From IMG/VR virus record IMGVR_UViG_2681813321_000028: a stretch of DNA of 15,746 bases. One strand, written 5' to 3'. The position numbers were made by a program, and so were the translations under genes. The DNA is from a virus. Taxonomy: Duplodnaviria; Heunggongvirae; Uroviricota; Caudoviricetes. Every line of letters begins with the position of its first letter. Position 1 is the first letter of the stretch. The notes beneath the pieces are model-generated. The model was not told the origin of the DNA. It searched no databases and saw only the letters and a program-made list of their open reading frames with translations. This document shows, piece by piece, positions 14,916-15,746 of the stretch.

Positions 14916-15746
14916 ATGGACACCTCACTTGCTCATGAGAACGCCCGCCTGCGGGCACTGTTGCAGACGCAACAGGACACCATCCGCCAGATGGCTGAAT
15001 ACAACCGCCTGCTCTCACAGCGGGTGGCGGCTTATGCTTCCGAAATCAACCGGCTGAAGGCGCTGGTTGCGAAACTGCAACGTATGCAGTTCGGTAAAAG
15101 CTCAGAAAAACTTCGTGCAAAAACCGAACGGCAGATACAGGAAGCACAGGAGCGAATCAGCGCACTTCAGGAAGAAATGGCGGAAACGCTGGGTGAGCAA
15201 TATGACCCGGTACTGCCATCCGCCCTGCGCCAGTCTTCAGCCCGTAAACCGTTACCGGCCTCACTTCCCCGTGAAACCCGGGTTATCCGGCCGGAAGAGG
15301 AATGCTGTCCTGCCTGTGGTGGTGAACTCAGTTCTCTGGGATGTGATGTGTCAGAGCAACTGGAGCTTATCAGCAGCGCCTTTAAGGTTATCGAAACACA
15401 ACGTCCGAAACAGGCCTGTTGCCGGTGCGACCATATCGTGCAGGCACCAGTACCTTCAAAACCCATTGCACGCAGTTATGCCGGAGCGGGGCTTCTGGCC
15501 CATGTTGTCACCGGGAAATATGCAGACCATCTGCCGTTATACCGCCAGTCAGAAATATACCGTCGTCAGGGAGTGGAGCTGAGCCGTGCCACACTGGGGC
15601 GCTGGACAGGTGCTGTTGCTGAACTGCTGGAGCCGCTGTATGACGTCCTGCGCCAGTATGTGCTGATGCCCGGTAAAGTCCATGCTGATGATATCCCCGT
15701 CCCGGTCCAGGAGCCGGGCAGCGGTAAAACCCGGACAGCCCGGCTG
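14916..15746 (+). CDS. tnpC: IS66-family transposase TnpC, N-terminal 277 codons (3' truncated by window end); not in the supplied ORF track
   Basis: ATG 14916 preceded by GTGAGGA; frame open to 15746; leucine-zipper-like N-terminus and CCPACGG...C...CCRCDH zinc-finger motif typical of IS66 transposases. Confidence 0.9.
   Translation, partial: MDTSLAHENARLRALLQTQQDTIRQMAEYNRLLSQRVAAYASEINRLKALVAKLQRMQFGKSSEKLRAKTERQIQEAQERISALQEEMAETLGEQYDPVLPSALRQSSARKPLPASLPRETRVIRPEEECCPACGGELSSLGCDVSEQLELISSAFKVIETQRPKQACCRCDHIVQAPVPSKPIARSYAGAGLLAHVVTGKYADHLPLYRQSEIYRRQGVELSRATLGRWTGAVAELLEPLYDVLRQYVLMPGKVHADDIPVPVQEPGSGKTRTARL

Larger units (their letters stand above)
13872..15746 (+). mobile_element. 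IS66-family insertion sequence (orfA-tnpB-tnpC), 3' end beyond window; left terminus not resolved
   Basis: Canonical three-ORF IS66 organisation with 1-nt orfA/tnpB overlap (TGATG at 14547-14551) and a 19-nt gap before tnpC; tnpC open to the last base of the window. Confidence 0.8.

Noticed and set aside
14821-15622. ORFs 14821-15018 (-), 15067-15582 (+), 15167-15466 (-) and 15419-15622 (+)
   Set aside because: The true tnpC frame starts at ATG 14916 and is open to the window end with the IS66 zinc-finger motif; these are alternative-frame artefacts.

Overview
The window reads as the replication/regulatory end of a P4-like satellite prophage or integrative element, with an accessory cargo segment and an IS66-family insertion. 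Left to right: the 3' part of a LysR-type regulator gene (75-389, +, with an apparent frameshift), an AT-rich intergenic region rich in palindromes, and a PerC-like small regulator (875-1162, -). Two iteron clusters built from the 9-mer GTTGGTTCA / TGAACCAAC (1192-1319 and 7555-7672) are mirror images of each other, sharing a perfect 45-bp inverted repeat, and bracket about 6.4 kb of cargo. The cargo holds a plus-strand module (RHH/HTH regulator with palindromic operators, a small membrane-anchored protein, a polytopic membrane protein in an AT-rich patch), a convergent minus-strand operon of a 57-aa RHH-like protein plus coupled 492-aa and 701-aa low-complexity proteins, and a monocistronic 153-aa gene with its own terminator. 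I regard the three-gene minus operon as the best candidate for an undescribed system, but only from its architecture and context; I could not run any homology search. Right of the second iteron cluster lie a 918-aa zinc-ribbon/TOPRIM/P-loop primase-helicase (7691-10447, -), a chain of small translationally coupled genes, a poorly coding structured region (about 11940-12780), an antirepressor-like gene, and an IS66-family element (orfA, tnpB, 3'-truncated tnpC) running off the window. No tRNA, rRNA, CRISPR array or integrase was found.
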